64,000 nucleotides of DNA from a virus (lineage: Duplodnaviria > Caudoviricetes): the IMG/VR virus record IMGVR_UViG_2690316366_000001, positions 1 to 64,000 of that record. The stretch is one strand, 5' to 3'. Of this stretch, positions 1 to 9,453 are shown piece by piece. A model generated the notes under the pieces. It saw nothing but the letters and a program-made list of their open reading frames with translations. It was not told where the DNA came from and searched no databases. Position numbers and translations under genes: made by a program. Positions within the stretch are counted from its first letter, which is position 1; every line of letters starts with the position of its first letter.

Positions 1-258
1 ATGCCATCATTCAGCAACGAAAGCTGGCCCGGAGTAGCGACCGCTTCGGTGCTCGGCGTTCTCGTCGTAGCAGCGCTTGCCCTTGCAGTCGTTGGTTATG
101 TGGAGTGGTCATCGGACGCCAATCTGGCCCAATTCATGAGCCGGTCGACGACTGCGGTGGCCGTGGCCAGCTCAACTTCGATTCTGCCTCTCAAGGGACG
201 AACAGGTTGCGGGCAGGCCAATAAGTCGCTGCCGTCGCTCGCTCTACCCCTCGAATGA
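1..258 (+). CDS. Hypothetical small membrane-anchored protein, outside the att-bounded island
   Basis: 85-aa ORF with an N-terminal hydrophobic segment; no family recognised. Confidence 0.45.
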   Translation: MPSFSNESWPGVATASVLGVLVVAALALAVVGYVEWSSDANLAQFMSRSTTAVAVASSTSILPLKGRTGCGQANKSLPSLALPLE

Positions 259-450
259 CACCGCTCGAACCTTAGTTGGCAGGCGACTATATCGCCTTTG
301 ACGACGACAAAAACTCCGCTCGCGCGCATGCTGCCTAACGGGCGGAGTTGATTCGGCCATGATGCTGGAAGCCGTCGTATCGCTGATGGGACTGGGCGCC
401 TGCGCCTTGCTGCTCATTGCCTTCTGGGGGCTTAGGTCGCGCTAATCCCA

Positions 451-499
451 AAAAAAGACGCCGCCGGTCTCACAAATACATGCCCGGCGGCGTTTTCTT
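451..499. terminator. Possible bidirectional intrinsic terminator
   Basis: Stem AAGACGCCGCCGG (455-467) / CCGGCGGCGTTTT (484-496), A-tract on the left and T-tract on the right; long 16-nt loop. Confidence 0.45.
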
Positions 500-683
500 C
501 CTGAACTGGGACACTGAAATCCCCAGCAGCAAGCAAATTGCACGGCCTGTGCCACGGGCCGATGACCAAGGCCGGCCGGTTCGCGCCCGGCGGGTCGTTC
601 TTACCCATAAGACGTGTTAGCGTCCCCGAGCAGAGAAGTGTTGCGTCCCCGGTCGTCTCAAATGTCGGAGATGCTTGGATTTA

Positions 684-730
684 TTGGTGAGCGCGGTGGG
701 ACTCGAACCCACGACCCCATGATTAAAAGT
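684..730 (-). repeat. att core, copy 1: 3' half of tRNA-Lys(TTT)
   Basis: Reverse complement reads ACTTTTAATCATGGGGTCGTGGGTTCGAGTCCCACCGCGCTCACCA (anticodon loop, T-arm, CCA); 5' half absent; identical to 15814-15860. Confidence 0.93.
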
Positions 731-862
731 TACAGGCGTGCACACAGGCTAAGTCCTTTCATCGCCGCCGATTTCATCTAAATCATCCTAAATCACTGTA
801 GAAGCTAGCTTTCTGTTGATTGCCGGCAGTTGTCAACTTTTTCCTTGTGTTGACCTGTGGCT

Positions 863-881
863 GTGTGCATAGAGTGTGCAC
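863..881 (+). promoter_or_regulatory. Putative integrase arm-type sites, left end (GTGTGCA direct repeats)
   Basis: GTGTGCATAGAGTGTGCAC; related pair at 15736-15754 next to the other att. Confidence 0.55.
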
Positions 882-910
882 AGAGACCCCGTAATGATTT
901 GGTGTGCACG

Positions 911-2182
911 ATGGGCGGCATTCAAGCGAAGATCCTCAAGACCAGCGTGGACAAGCTCGAGCCGGGCGACATCCTGTACGACACGGAGATCAAGGGCTTC
1001 GTGGCGCGGGCGCTGCCGAGCGGCAAGGTGAGCTACGGGTTCCGGTATCGGAACGGTGGCGGCGCCTCGAAATGGCTAAGCCTTGGTATTCACGGGTCGG
1101 CCTTCACGGCGGAGCAAGCCCGTACGCTCGCCAAAAAGCGGGCTGGCGAGGTTGCTGACAATCGCGATCCGGTCGCCGAACAGGAGCAGGCCCGGTCAGA
1201 GGCAAAAAAGGAGAAGCTGTCCGGCACAAACACCGTGAATGCCATCCTGGACGCCTTCGTCAAGCGCCATGCCAGCAAGCTCCGTAGCCAGGACCAGATC
1301 GAGCACGCTTTTGACGCCTACGTCCGGCCGAAGCTGGGCCCCAAGTCGATCTACGAGGTTAAGCGGAGCGAAATCGTCATCATGCTGGACGGCGTGGAGG
1401 ACGAGGCCGGCCCGGTCATGGCTGACCGGGTGCTGGCGCACGTTCGCAAGGCCTTCAACTGGCAAGCCGCCCGGGATGACGAATTCAAGTCGCCGATCGT
1501 CCGCGGCATGGCCCGGACCAAGCCGAAGGAGAGGGCCCGGAAGCGGACACTGGCAGACGAAGAGATCCGGGACGTGTGGAAGGCGCTGGATAACGCGGTC
1601 GAGGCGAACGCCGTCCCTCCCTGCTATCCGCGGTTTGTGAAGTCGCTCATGGTCTGCGCAACACGCCGCACGGAATCCGCGCGCATGCATTCGAGTGAGA
1701 TCGACGGCGACGTGTGGACGATCCCAGGCGAGCGCTACAAGACGAAGCTGGATCACGTCGTTCCGCTGACCGCTTCTATGCGTGCCCTGATCGGAGAAAA
1801 ACCTAAAGGGAACAACAGCAATTCGTGGTTCGTTTTCTCGACCACACACGGAGCGCGAGCATTCAGTGGCTTCTCCAAGGCCAAGAAGGCATTGGACAGC
1901 GAGATTGCCAAGATCAGGAAGGTTGAGAAGCGGGACGCCATGCCGCGCTGGACCCTGCACGACCTGCGCCGCACCGCGCGCAGCCTCATGAGCCGCGCCA
2001 AGGTGCCGACCGACCACGCCGAGCGGGTGCTTGGCCACGTCATCGGCGGTGTCCGTGAGACCTATGATCGGTATGAGTACCTGGACGAGAAGCGCGACGC
2101 ACTGGAGAAGCTGGCGGGGCTGGTTGAACTGATCCTGAACCCGCCGGCGGATAACGTTTTCCAACTGGGAGCCGCGAAATGA
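911..2182 (+). CDS. int: Tyrosine integrase, P4-like, with N-terminal arm-binding domain
   Basis: Catalytic motifs TRRTE, HDLRRT, LGH and RETY; adjacent to att; ATG at 911. Confidence 0.95.
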   Translation: MGGIQAKILKTSVDKLEPGDILYDTEIKGFVARALPSGKVSYGFRYRNGGGASKWLSLGIHGSAFTAEQARTLAKKRAGEVADNRDPVAEQEQARSEAKKEKLSGTNTVNAILDAFVKRHASKLRSQDQIEHAFDAYVRPKLGPKSIYEVKRSEIVIMLDGVEDEAGPVMADRVLAHVRKAFNWQAARDDEFKSPIVRGMARTKPKERARKRTLADEEIRDVWKALDNAVEANAVPPCYPRFVKSLMVCATRRTESARMHSSEIDGDVWTIPGERYKTKLDHVVPLTASMRALIGEKPKGNNSNSWFVFSTTHGARAFSGFSKAKKALDSEIAKIRKVEKRDAMPRWTLHDLRRTARSLMSRAKVPTDHAERVLGHVIGGVRETYDRYEYLDEKRDALEKLAGLVELILNPPADNVFQLGAAK

Positions 2183-2652
2183 AACAGCGGTGGGGAAACG
2201 AAATCACGCTAGATGAGATAGACGAAGGCTGGAAAATCGTTCGTGGCATGATTGAAGCCGCAGAACAGCGGGTGATCCTCACTCTTGCCGATAGGGAAAC
2301 GGCATTTAAGCAAATCAAGCTATTGGCTGGCGTCCTCATTCAACCGCCGCGCCTTCAAGGTGATCGCGGGCGCGTGAACGTTGAGGCCGATCTTGCCGTA
2401 ATAGCTGACATCAAGAAATTTGGATCGTTGCCGAAGGCTGTGAGAGGCCACATGAGGGACGGCAGACTTTCACCCAACACTACAGAGCGCTCGCATATCG
2501 AGCGGATACGCGCTCTCAAAACACATGATCTAACGCTGTCGTTTTTCCTGTTCTGGTTTGCCGGATTGCTTCCCGCAATTGTCTCGAAGTGTTCAAACAC
2601 TTGCGAGGCCTTCCCATGTCCACCGAGAAACTTCTCGCTCCCACCGCAGTAA
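2179..2652 (+). CDS. Hypothetical protein
   Basis: ATGA overlap with the integrase stop; 3' end overlaps the next gene. Confidence 0.5.
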   Translation: MKQRWGNEITLDEIDEGWKIVRGMIEAAEQRVILTLADRETAFKQIKLLAGVLIQPPRLQGDRGRVNVEADLAVIADIKKFGSLPKAVRGHMRDGRLSPNTTERSHIERIRALKTHDLTLSFFLFWFAGLLPAIVSKCSNTCEAFPCPPRNFSLPPQ

Positions 2653-2867
2653 AGGAGCGGCGCCCACCGCTCGATACTGCCGAGGCGGCGATCTACACCG
2701 GCACAACGGCAAACTATCTAGAAAAGCTCCGCTGCACTGGTGGCGGCCCGGTCTATATCAAGCGGAAAGGAGCTAGGGGAGCCGTCCGCTACGACCCCGA
2801 CGATCTGGATGCGTGGCTAAACGCCGGCAAGCGCAAATCGACCTCCGATATTCGGGAGGTCGCATAG
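2616..2867 (+). CDS. AlpA/excisionase-like HTH protein
   Basis: LDTAEAA...LEKLRCTGGGPVYIK...VRYDPDDLDAWL motif. Confidence 0.85.
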   Translation: MSTEKLLAPTAVKERRPPLDTAEAAIYTGTTANYLEKLRCTGGGPVYIKRKGARGAVRYDPDDLDAWLNAGKRKSTSDIREVA

Positions 2868-2870
2868 CTC

Positions 2871-3062
2871 ATGGCCGAAAAAGAAAAGGGCCGCCGAGAG
2901 GGCGACCCGATTCCGAATAATGGTGTCTGGCGAGACACGGCGGAATCTAAAGCACCTCTCGTTAAACTTCAAGCCGCACGCCTGACGCGCCGCTGCGCGA
3001 TCAGTCTCGCGATGGCGTCGATCGTCGCTCCGATCGTATTCGGGGAGGCAGCGCATGATTAA
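2871..3062 (+). CDS. Hypothetical protein
   Basis: Operonic position after a GGAGG-like RBS; overlaps the next gene. Confidence 0.6.
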   Translation: MAEKEKGRREGDPIPNNGVWRDTAESKAPLVKLQAARLTRRCAISLAMASIVAPIVFGEAAHD

Positions 3063-3309
3063 CGTCTACATCTCCCAGGTCGATCGCATCGCCGGTCAGC
3101 TTCATCAGAACGGGATGGGCGACATCAGCGTGGATGATCTGCGCTCGCTCGCCGGTTCGCTGGAAATGACGATTAACATTGTCTATGGCGAAATCCGCCA
3201 CCGGATGGAGCGAGAGCAGGACGCAAACCCGAAACCGCCATCCGGCCCAGCACGCGGACTGCTCGATGGACTGCGCCTCCCTTCCAGCAAGGGAGGGGAC
3301 GCAGCGTGA
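3055..3309 (+). CDS. Hypothetical protein
   Basis: GGAGG RBS, coupled to both neighbours. Confidence 0.6.
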   Translation: MINVYISQVDRIAGQLHQNGMGDISVDDLRSLAGSLEMTINIVYGEIRHRMEREQDANPKPPSGPARGLLDGLRLPSSKGGDAA

Positions 3310-3842
3310 GCGAGCCAATCACCATCAGCCTGCAAGGTGCCCCGCAAGGCAAGGGCAGGGCTCGAGCATTCGTCCGTGGTGGCCATGTCGGCCACTACAC
3401 GCCCGAGAAGACGCGCACCTATGAAGGCATGATCCGCACCGTGGCCATGCAGGAGTTGGGTTCGCGCCCGGCGCTCGATGAGCCCGTGGAGTTTGTGCTT
3501 CGCGCTGTCTTTCCAGTCCCGGCTTCCTGGTCGGAGCGAAAGAGACAGCAGGCGATCACCGGCGACATCAAGCCCGGCAAAAAGCCGGACCTCGATAACA
3601 TCGCCAAGGCCTGGAACGACGCCCTTAACGGCGTGGTCTACCGGGACGACAGCCTGATTTGCCGGATGACGCTCGACAAACGTTACGGGCCGCAGCCGCT
3701 CGTGGTGGTGACGGTGCGGCCGATGCCGACCTTCCGTGATCAGCACCATGTGCCAAATCGTATCGCAAGTGCCTGTAGCGACTCGATTTTGAGCGATGCG
3801 CGCATTGAAAAAGAGCCGCAGAGAATCGGGGGTGGCGAATGA
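3306..3842 (+). CDS. rusA: RusA-family Holliday junction resolvase
   Basis: PQGKGRAR, KPDLDNIAK and DALNGVVYRDDS motifs. Confidence 0.9.
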   Translation: MSEPITISLQGAPQGKGRARAFVRGGHVGHYTPEKTRTYEGMIRTVAMQELGSRPALDEPVEFVLRAVFPVPASWSERKRQQAITGDIKPGKKPDLDNIAKAWNDALNGVVYRDDSLICRMTLDKRYGPQPLVVVTVRPMPTFRDQHHVPNRIASACSDSILSDARIEKEPQRIGGGE

Positions 3843-4060
3843 ATCATCGCCTTATGGTCTCCGATCCCCACATCCGGAAACAGCTCCAACTCGCCGGCCT
3901 GCGTTTCATGGCCAGCCGTGCTGAGTGGCTTCAGAGCGAAGCCCGGATCATCTTCCGCCAGCTCAAGAACGACAAGATCACGTCAGCGCAGGTTGACGCG
4001 AAGCTGGAGGAAATGGGCGCGCTCGATCTCGTCTATCCCGAACTGATGAGGTGCGAGTGA
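3839..4060 (+). CDS. Hypothetical protein
   Basis: ATGA overlap with rusA. Confidence 0.6.
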   Translation: MNHRLMVSDPHIRKQLQLAGLRFMASRAEWLQSEARIIFRQLKNDKITSAQVDAKLEEMGALDLVYPELMRCE

Positions 4061-5157
4061 TGGACGCTTCCGCACAGCAGCACGAAACGCCAAGAACAGC
4101 CCGTCTGAGGGCGCTAAGGATCCCGCACAAGAGTGCCCTTCGCGTCGAAGCTCTCGAAAGTATTTGGCTGGAGGATAATTGCGCAAAGTCTTACCTCATC
4201 AAAGGCATTTTCGGATGGAACGAGACGTCAGCCTGGATCGCACCGCCCGGTGGCCTGAAGTCGGCTTTGCTGGCATCGGCCGCGATCAGTGTCGCGCTTG
4301 CGCGGCCTTGGTTCGGCCGAAAGGCGAGCGAGGCTCGGGTAGGGGTAGTGTACTTCGCTCTTGAACGTGCCGATCTAGTCAAACGCAGGCTCATTGCTCA
4401 TCGCCGCCAACTCGGATTGGAAGACGAGCCGATCCCGATTGTGGTGATCGGCGGCATGTTGGACATGATGAACCCGGCCACGGTGCCAATCGTGGTCGAG
4501 GCAGTCCAACGGGCTGAAGCCTATTTCTCTCAGCTTGAGGGATGCAATTGCGCGGGGTTTCTCATCTTCGACACGTTCGCAAAAATGATTGCGGCCGGCG
4601 GCGGTGACGAAAACAGCGCCAAGGACCAGGGCAAAGTCTTTGCAAACCTTCAGCGGATCAAGGACGAGCTTTACGGTGTGCATATCGCCTTGATCGGCCA
4701 CACCGGTAAGAACGAGGACCGCGGGGCGCGCGGTTCAAACGCGCTGTATGGCGACGTTGACATGCTGGTGACCATCGGCGGTGAGACCGTCAAGACCGCC
4801 AAGGTGGCCAAAGCCAACGACGCACCGGAGGGACCGCTGTTTTCCTTCAAGTCGAGTGTGCATGAGTTCGGCTTGGACGAGGACGGAGACCCGATCACGG
4901 TTAACATCGTGAGCAGTGAGGAAGTCACCACGACCTCGGCGAGCACCACCGCGGAGCCAAAGCTGTCCACCAATCAGCGTGTCATGTATCGGCTGCTCGC
5001 CGAGGCTGGGCCTGCAGGCCTGAGCACAGAGGAATGGAGCGAACGCGCCAAGGCGGAGGGCATCACGGTGAAGCAGCGCCTCTACGAGACACGCATGGCG
5101 CTGAAGGACAAGGGATTGGTCCGGGAATATACCGGCATCTGGAGAACGAACGCATGA
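4051..5157 (+). CDS. AAA_25/RepA-like SF4 helicase with C-terminal winged helix
   Basis: Walker A APPGGLKS, FALE, IFDT, GGDENS, HTGK, RGSNAL motifs; start may be ATG 4060; no primase domain seen. Confidence 0.85.
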   Translation: MRVMDASAQQHETPRTARLRALRIPHKSALRVEALESIWLEDNCAKSYLIKGIFGWNETSAWIAPPGGLKSALLASAAISVALARPWFGRKASEARVGVVYFALERADLVKRRLIAHRRQLGLEDEPIPIVVIGGMLDMMNPATVPIVVEAVQRAEAYFSQLEGCNCAGFLIFDTFAKMIAAGGGDENSAKDQGKVFANLQRIKDELYGVHIALIGHTGKNEDRGARGSNALYGDVDMLVTIGGETVKTAKVAKANDAPEGPLFSFKSSVHEFGLDEDGDPITVNIVSSEEVTTTSASTTAEPKLSTNQRVMYRLLAEAGPAGLSTEEWSERAKAEGITVKQRLYETRMALKDKGLVREYTGIWRTNA

Positions 5158-5993
5158 CGACCGAAGCCGAGATTTTCCCACCGCCGGTGATGCCAAAAGG
5201 GAGGCCGGCATTCACCGACGAGCTTTTTCAACAGATCATCGATCGCATGACGGAGGGGGAAGGGCTCTCCGAGATTTGCCGCGACCCAGAGATGCCCAGC
5301 AAGACGACCTTCCTCCGCTGGGTGGAAAAGGACACTGGACGCCAGCGAGCCTACCAGGGGGCACGCGAAGCCCTCATGGACCACTATGCGGAGGAAATCC
5401 GGCATATCGCCTGGAACGACTCCGAGGACACCATCAAGCGGGAAGGCAAGCCGGACCTGTGCAACCATGAATGGATCAACCGATCACGGCTGAAGGTCGA
5501 TACCCTCAAGTTCCTGATGGCGAAGCTGCACCCGAAGCGGTACGGCGACAAAACGGAGCTGTTGGTAGCGAACGACGTGGATGCTCCGCGCTCCTACGAC
5601 GTAACGGCCATCTGCTGGGTGCACGTCTACCCGATGCTGCGGGCGGACGGCTCGATGATCAAACCCGACACGCCTGAATATCATGAGGCCATCCAACGAG
5701 CAGCGCGGGAAGCGCACGCCCAAGGTCTGCGGGAGACGAGCGTAGGCTTTAAACTCGCCGACGATCGACCGCCGCCGCCGGCTCAAGTCACCTTCCAGCC
5801 AGACCCAATCCCGGACCTGACCGCGGAAGCGTGGTCGCTGCTGAGCCAAGTGCTGCGCATGGTGAAGCAAACAATCCCGACCGACGACGACACCCCGCCA
5901 GAGGAAATCTTCCGTGTGATCCGGGAAGCCCTATTGCTGCACTTCAGGGAAGCGAAGATTGAACCTGCCAGTCTGGTCGAGGCTGCCGAGTAA
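5154..5993 (+). CDS. terS: Terminase small subunit (Sf6 gp1-like) with long C-terminal extension
   Basis: GRP..FTDEL...ICRDPEMPSKTTFLRW...RLKVDTLKFLMAKLHPKRYGDK; ATGA overlap at 5154. Confidence 0.85.
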   Translation: MTTEAEIFPPPVMPKGRPAFTDELFQQIIDRMTEGEGLSEICRDPEMPSKTTFLRWVEKDTGRQRAYQGAREALMDHYAEEIRHIAWNDSEDTIKREGKPDLCNHEWINRSRLKVDTLKFLMAKLHPKRYGDKTELLVANDVDAPRSYDVTAICWVHVYPMLRADGSMIKPDTPEYHEAIQRAAREAHAQGLRETSVGFKLADDRPPPPAQVTFQPDPIPDLTAEAWSLLSQVLRMVKQTIPTDDDTPPEEIFRVIREALLLHFREAKIEPASLVEAAE

Positions 5994-6001
5994 CGGCGGT
6001 A

Positions 6002-6104
6002 CGGTCACGTCCGGTCTCCCCCTTATAGGGGGGAGAACCGTGACGTTACCGCGTGACCGGGTAACACCCGTGACCATCCGTGACCGTGACCGTTACCCGT
6101 GACC
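6002..6104. repeat. Iteron-like array around a palindrome (putative origin or packaging site)
   Basis: Near-perfect palindrome TCTCCCCCTTATAGGGGGGAGA (6015-6036); six CGTGAC copies to the right, one inverted copy to the left, plus GTTAC/GTAAC variants. Confidence 0.7.
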
Positions 6105-6449
6105 AGCAAGAAGCAATGGCGTGAAAGCATCGCGGACGAGAGGCGGACCAGTACGCGCGCGTGCGCGAGGCAAACCTGGCTCACTGGCTGGCAAGCGGAG
6201 CGATGGCGGATCACTGGCCTGCTTCCAGGCGTCTGAAGGTCGCTCGTATCCTCGCGGTCACGGTGCGGCAATTTGACTCAGTAGAGCAGCGGAAATCAGC
6301 GGCATTGTGTGCATAGCGCGTGCATCACATGGAAACTGACAGAAAGACCAATAATATCAGTTGAATGCACATGACTAAAGATTACGTGGTCTAGCTATTC
6401 GCCAGCGATCCGCTTACCCTCTCGGGAGTGATTTGAACCCCGAGGATCA

Positions 6450-6620
6450 ATGCAAATGACCGATGGTATCGACCGCCAGGGCAAGCCGCCCCAGGACAAG
6501 AACCGCGAGATCGAGAGCTACATCAACCGCGGCCAGCCGGCGCCGCAGCCCAACCTGAACCGCGACCTGTCCAGTGCGATCGAGCGCGAGAGCAACAAGC
6601 GCCGCAATGGGGGCAACTGA
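6450..6620 (+). CDS. Small hypothetical protein (56 aa, below ORF-track cutoff)
   Basis: GAGGA RBS at 6442; MQMTDGIDRQGKPP...; TGATG coupling to the next ORF. Confidence 0.6.
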   Translation: MQMTDGIDRQGKPPQDKNREIESYINRGQPAPQPNLNRDLSSAIERESNKRRNGGN

Positions 6621-6787
6621 TGTTGACCGATGCCCTACTGAACGACCTGGCTCACATGCTACAGACCCATTCCGCGATGGGGCGCCTGGCTCACACCGAA
6701 GTCCTCGCCATCCTGACGCTGATGCAGGAACGCGGTTGGACGATTACCAAGCCGATGCCGGCAGTTCAGGCTGGCAAGGCGAGCTGA
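6620..6787 (+). CDS. Small hypothetical protein (55 aa)
   Basis: MLTDALLNDLAHML...; TGATG overlaps at both ends. Confidence 0.6.
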   Translation: MLTDALLNDLAHMLQTHSAMGRLAHTEVLAILTLMQERGWTITKPMPAVQAGKAS

Positions 6788-7194
6788 TGACCGAACCCGT
6801 CCGCTATTCCGAAGCGCTGACCATTCGTTGTCAGCCCGAGATCGCCCAGCTTCTGCAGCAAGCGTCGCTCCGCAAGGGCTCGAAGCCGGCTGAGTACCTT
6901 CGCCAAGCCCTTCTGACGGCGCTACGGCTTGATGGTTTCGAACCGACAGGCTCGCTCACCCAGTATGCGCTGGTCTCTGCCGGCGAGCTGGTGCTGTCTC
7001 GCGATGGCAATCCGATTGTGACACTCCGTCCTATGCCGGAGGATCGAGGGCAGTGGCTGCCTGTGGAGAACGAGGACACCGAGCCGTTCGATCCTGCGCA
7101 GCACTGGCGCCTGAACCCGTTGCCGCTGCGGGTCGATGGGGAGCGGGTGGTGCGGACCTATCCCGTGGTCTTGAAGTCGCAGGAGCACGCATGA
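6787..7194 (+). CDS. Hypothetical protein, possible RHH-like N-terminus
   Basis: LTIRCQPEIAQLLQQAS..KGSKPAEYLRQAL resembles ribbon-helix-helix; coupled to the tail fibre gene. Confidence 0.6.
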   Translation: MTEPVRYSEALTIRCQPEIAQLLQQASLRKGSKPAEYLRQALLTALRLDGFEPTGSLTQYALVSAGELVLSRDGNPIVTLRPMPEDRGQWLPVENEDTEPFDPAQHWRLNPLPLRVDGERVVRTYPVVLKSQEHA

Positions 7195-8204
7195 CCGGCG
7201 TTGCATGGTGGTCTCAGACTGCGGGGAGCAACGCGCTCCAAGATCCCACGATCAACTGGCAGGAGGGTCAGGCACCGTCCTCCGTCAATGACAGCGCTCG
7301 CGCCATGATGGCGAGCACGGCTAAGTGGCGGGATGATATCTCGGGCGCGATCGTAACGGCTGGTACCTCGACTGCGTATACCGTTTCGAGCAATCAGACG
7401 TTTGACAACCTCCCTCGGCTCGCTGGGCAGTTGATCGCCTTCACTCCGCACACGACGCAGACCGGGACCTGTACCATCAATGTCGATGGGTTGGGTGCGA
7501 AGCCCTTGCGGTCGGCTCCCAGTGTCGAACTGCCTGGCGGAACGCTAGTCCAAGGGACGCCCTATATCGCGCTCTACAACAACACGGATGGAGCGTTCTA
7601 CCTGCATGGTTTCTTTGGGAATGCGTACAATATCCCGCTTGCCGGTTGCATCGAGTATTGGGGGGTCACGGCGCCCAACAGTTCGTTTGTATTCCCGGTT
7701 GGTCAGGCGATCTCGCGGACGACCTATTCCGGTTTGTTTTCGCTCGTCGGGACGACATACGGCACCGGGGACGGAACGACGACATTCAATCTGCCGGACA
7801 AGCGTGGACGTGTTGCAGCTGCTATTGACAACATGGGTGGCGTTGCGGCGGGTCGTCTGACATCGGATTTCTTCGCCGCACCACAATTGGGCATCGCCGC
7901 GGGTTCTCAGTTTCATGTGCTGTCAACCACTGAAATACCGTCGCATCGTCACAGTGCTTTCATTTCTGATCCCGGGCACACGCACAGCTCAAACGCCGCT
8001 ATCAATGCCGGAGGGGCTTCGACCGGCGGCGGCGGCTTTGGTCTTAACTCGCCCGGCGGCGCTACCATCAGCTTAGCTGTTACCGGCATCTCGATTGCCA
8101 GTGGTGACGGCGCGACAAACGCAACTTCGCTAACAGGCGGCAGCAATGGTCATGCGATCGTGCAACCGACGATCTGCTGCAACTACATTCTGAGGATCAT
8201 CTGA
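7191..8204 (+). CDS. Tail fibre / tail-collar domain protein
   Basis: GQAISRTTYSGLF..GTTYGTGDGTTTFNLPDKRGRV collar motif, HxH repeats (PSHRH, PGHTH), C-terminal QPTICCNYILRI. Confidence 0.88.
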   Translation: MTGVAWWSQTAGSNALQDPTINWQEGQAPSSVNDSARAMMASTAKWRDDISGAIVTAGTSTAYTVSSNQTFDNLPRLAGQLIAFTPHTTQTGTCTINVDGLGAKPLRSAPSVELPGGTLVQGTPYIALYNNTDGAFYLHGFFGNAYNIPLAGCIEYWGVTAPNSSFVFPVGQAISRTTYSGLFSLVGTTYGTGDGTTTFNLPDKRGRVAAAIDNMGGVAAGRLTSDFFAAPQLGIAAGSQFHVLSTTEIPSHRHSAFISDPGHTHSSNAAINAGGASTGGGGFGLNSPGGATISLAVTGISIASGDGATNATSLTGGSNGHAIVQPTICCNYILRII

Positions 8205-8208
8205 CAGC

Positions 8209-9453
8209 ATGAGCGAAACTCGCGACGAGGCGACGGGCCAGTTTGCACCTTCGACCGATGGCCTTTTCGGTCAGGAAGCTGCGTTGGTCGAGGCTGGCTA
8301 TGTGCCGATGCCGGATCCCGAGAAGCAAAAGCAGGACGACATTGGCCTGGATGTGAATGGCGGAGCCGAGGTTCTGACCGCGATCCGGGAGGACGAGGCT
8401 CCGATCGAGGAAGTTGTCTTTCATGATGCGAACGGTGAACGGTTAAACTCCGACATCAACGAAGGTCCCGTTGAAGCTGTCACGGCAGAGCAGGCGGCCG
8501 CGGCCCTGACCGCCTATCGCGAGGCAAATAACGACAGTGCCGCCAAGTCCATCTCCGAGAGTTTCGCGGATGAGATCGATGCGCTGCGCGGCGATGCCAT
8601 CAAAGACGGTCTTGATCCGAAAGCGGCCGGCATCGACAAGGTTTCTCCGACCGCGGAAGTACCGGCGGAGGCCAAGGGTGATGAGGGTGCTGCTCAGCCA
8701 GAACCCGGCATGGAAGGCCTTGATCCCGAGGTGCAGAAGGCGCTGAAGATCCCGGCCGTCAAGGAAGCCCTTGAGCGGGAGTTTGCGCAGGCCGACCAGG
8801 TCAAGACGCAGTTCAGCCAAACCCTGAATGCGGCGCAACGGTTGGCGCAGGCAACATTGCTCGAGCTGGCGCCCGGCTTGGCGCATTTGCAGCCGCACGA
8901 GATCGAGCCGGCGCTTCAGCAGTTGGCGCAGACCGATCCCGGCCGTGCTCAGGCGATCGTGTCCACCCTCGATCGGGCGCAGCGCATAGAGTTCGCTCAA
9001 CAGCAGCAGTCCGCCGCGCAGCAACAGGCCCGGCAACAGCAGTTCGAGGCCCAGCGTCAACAGTTTAGCCGGCAGGCCGATGAAGCTCTGGGGCCGATGT
9101 CGCGGGCCGAAAAGATGCAGATGGCGGATGACCTTGTCGATTATGTCGGCAAGTACGGGGTCAGCCGGGAGCAGCTTGTGCAGGAGGTGAACACCAATCT
9201 CGCGCTCAACCATCCTGCATTTCAGAAGATGGCGGCCGATGCGGTCCGGTATCAGCGCATGCTGAATGCTCCCAAGGCGGTGGTTAAGCACGACCTTCCG
9301 CCTGTCCAGCGTCCTGGCACCGCGCAACGGTCCAGCCGATCCGAAGTCAGCGCCGATGCTCTCGAGCGCCGCTTCAGTTCGGCGACGGGAGATAATCAGA
9401 TCAGACTCGCCGCGGCTCTTACCGAAGCCCGGCGCAGCGCGAGGAACGGATAA
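8209..9453 (+). CDS. Putative capsid scaffolding-like protein
   Basis: Acidic N-terminus (RDEATGQF), Gln-rich coiled coil, C-terminal PPVQRPG plus helical tail; composition-based inference. Confidence 0.55.
   Translation: MSETRDEATGQFAPSTDGLFGQEAALVEAGYVPMPDPEKQKQDDIGLDVNGGAEVLTAIREDEAPIEEVVFHDANGERLNSDINEGPVEAVTAEQAAAALTAYREANNDSAAKSISESFADEIDALRGDAIKDGLDPKAAGIDKVSPTAEVPAEAKGDEGAAQPEPGMEGLDPEVQKALKIPAVKEALEREFAQADQVKTQFSQTLNAAQRLAQATLLELAPGLAHLQPHEIEPALQQLAQTDPGRAQAIVSTLDRAQRIEFAQQQQSAAQQQARQQQFEAQRQQFSRQADEALGPMSRAEKMQMADDLVDYVGKYGVSREQLVQEVNTNLALNHPAFQKMAADAVRYQRMLNAPKAVVKHDLPPVQRPGTAQRSSRSEVSADALERRFSSATGDNQIRLAAALTEARRSARNG

Noticed and set aside
684-730. Intact tRNA-Lys gene (also 15814-15860)
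   Set aside because: Both copies stop at the anticodon loop; no D-arm or 5' acceptor strand follows, so they are att fragments.
7191-8204. Tailocin or contractile injection system
   Set aside because: Only one fibre gene; no sheath, tube, baseplate or tape measure genes.
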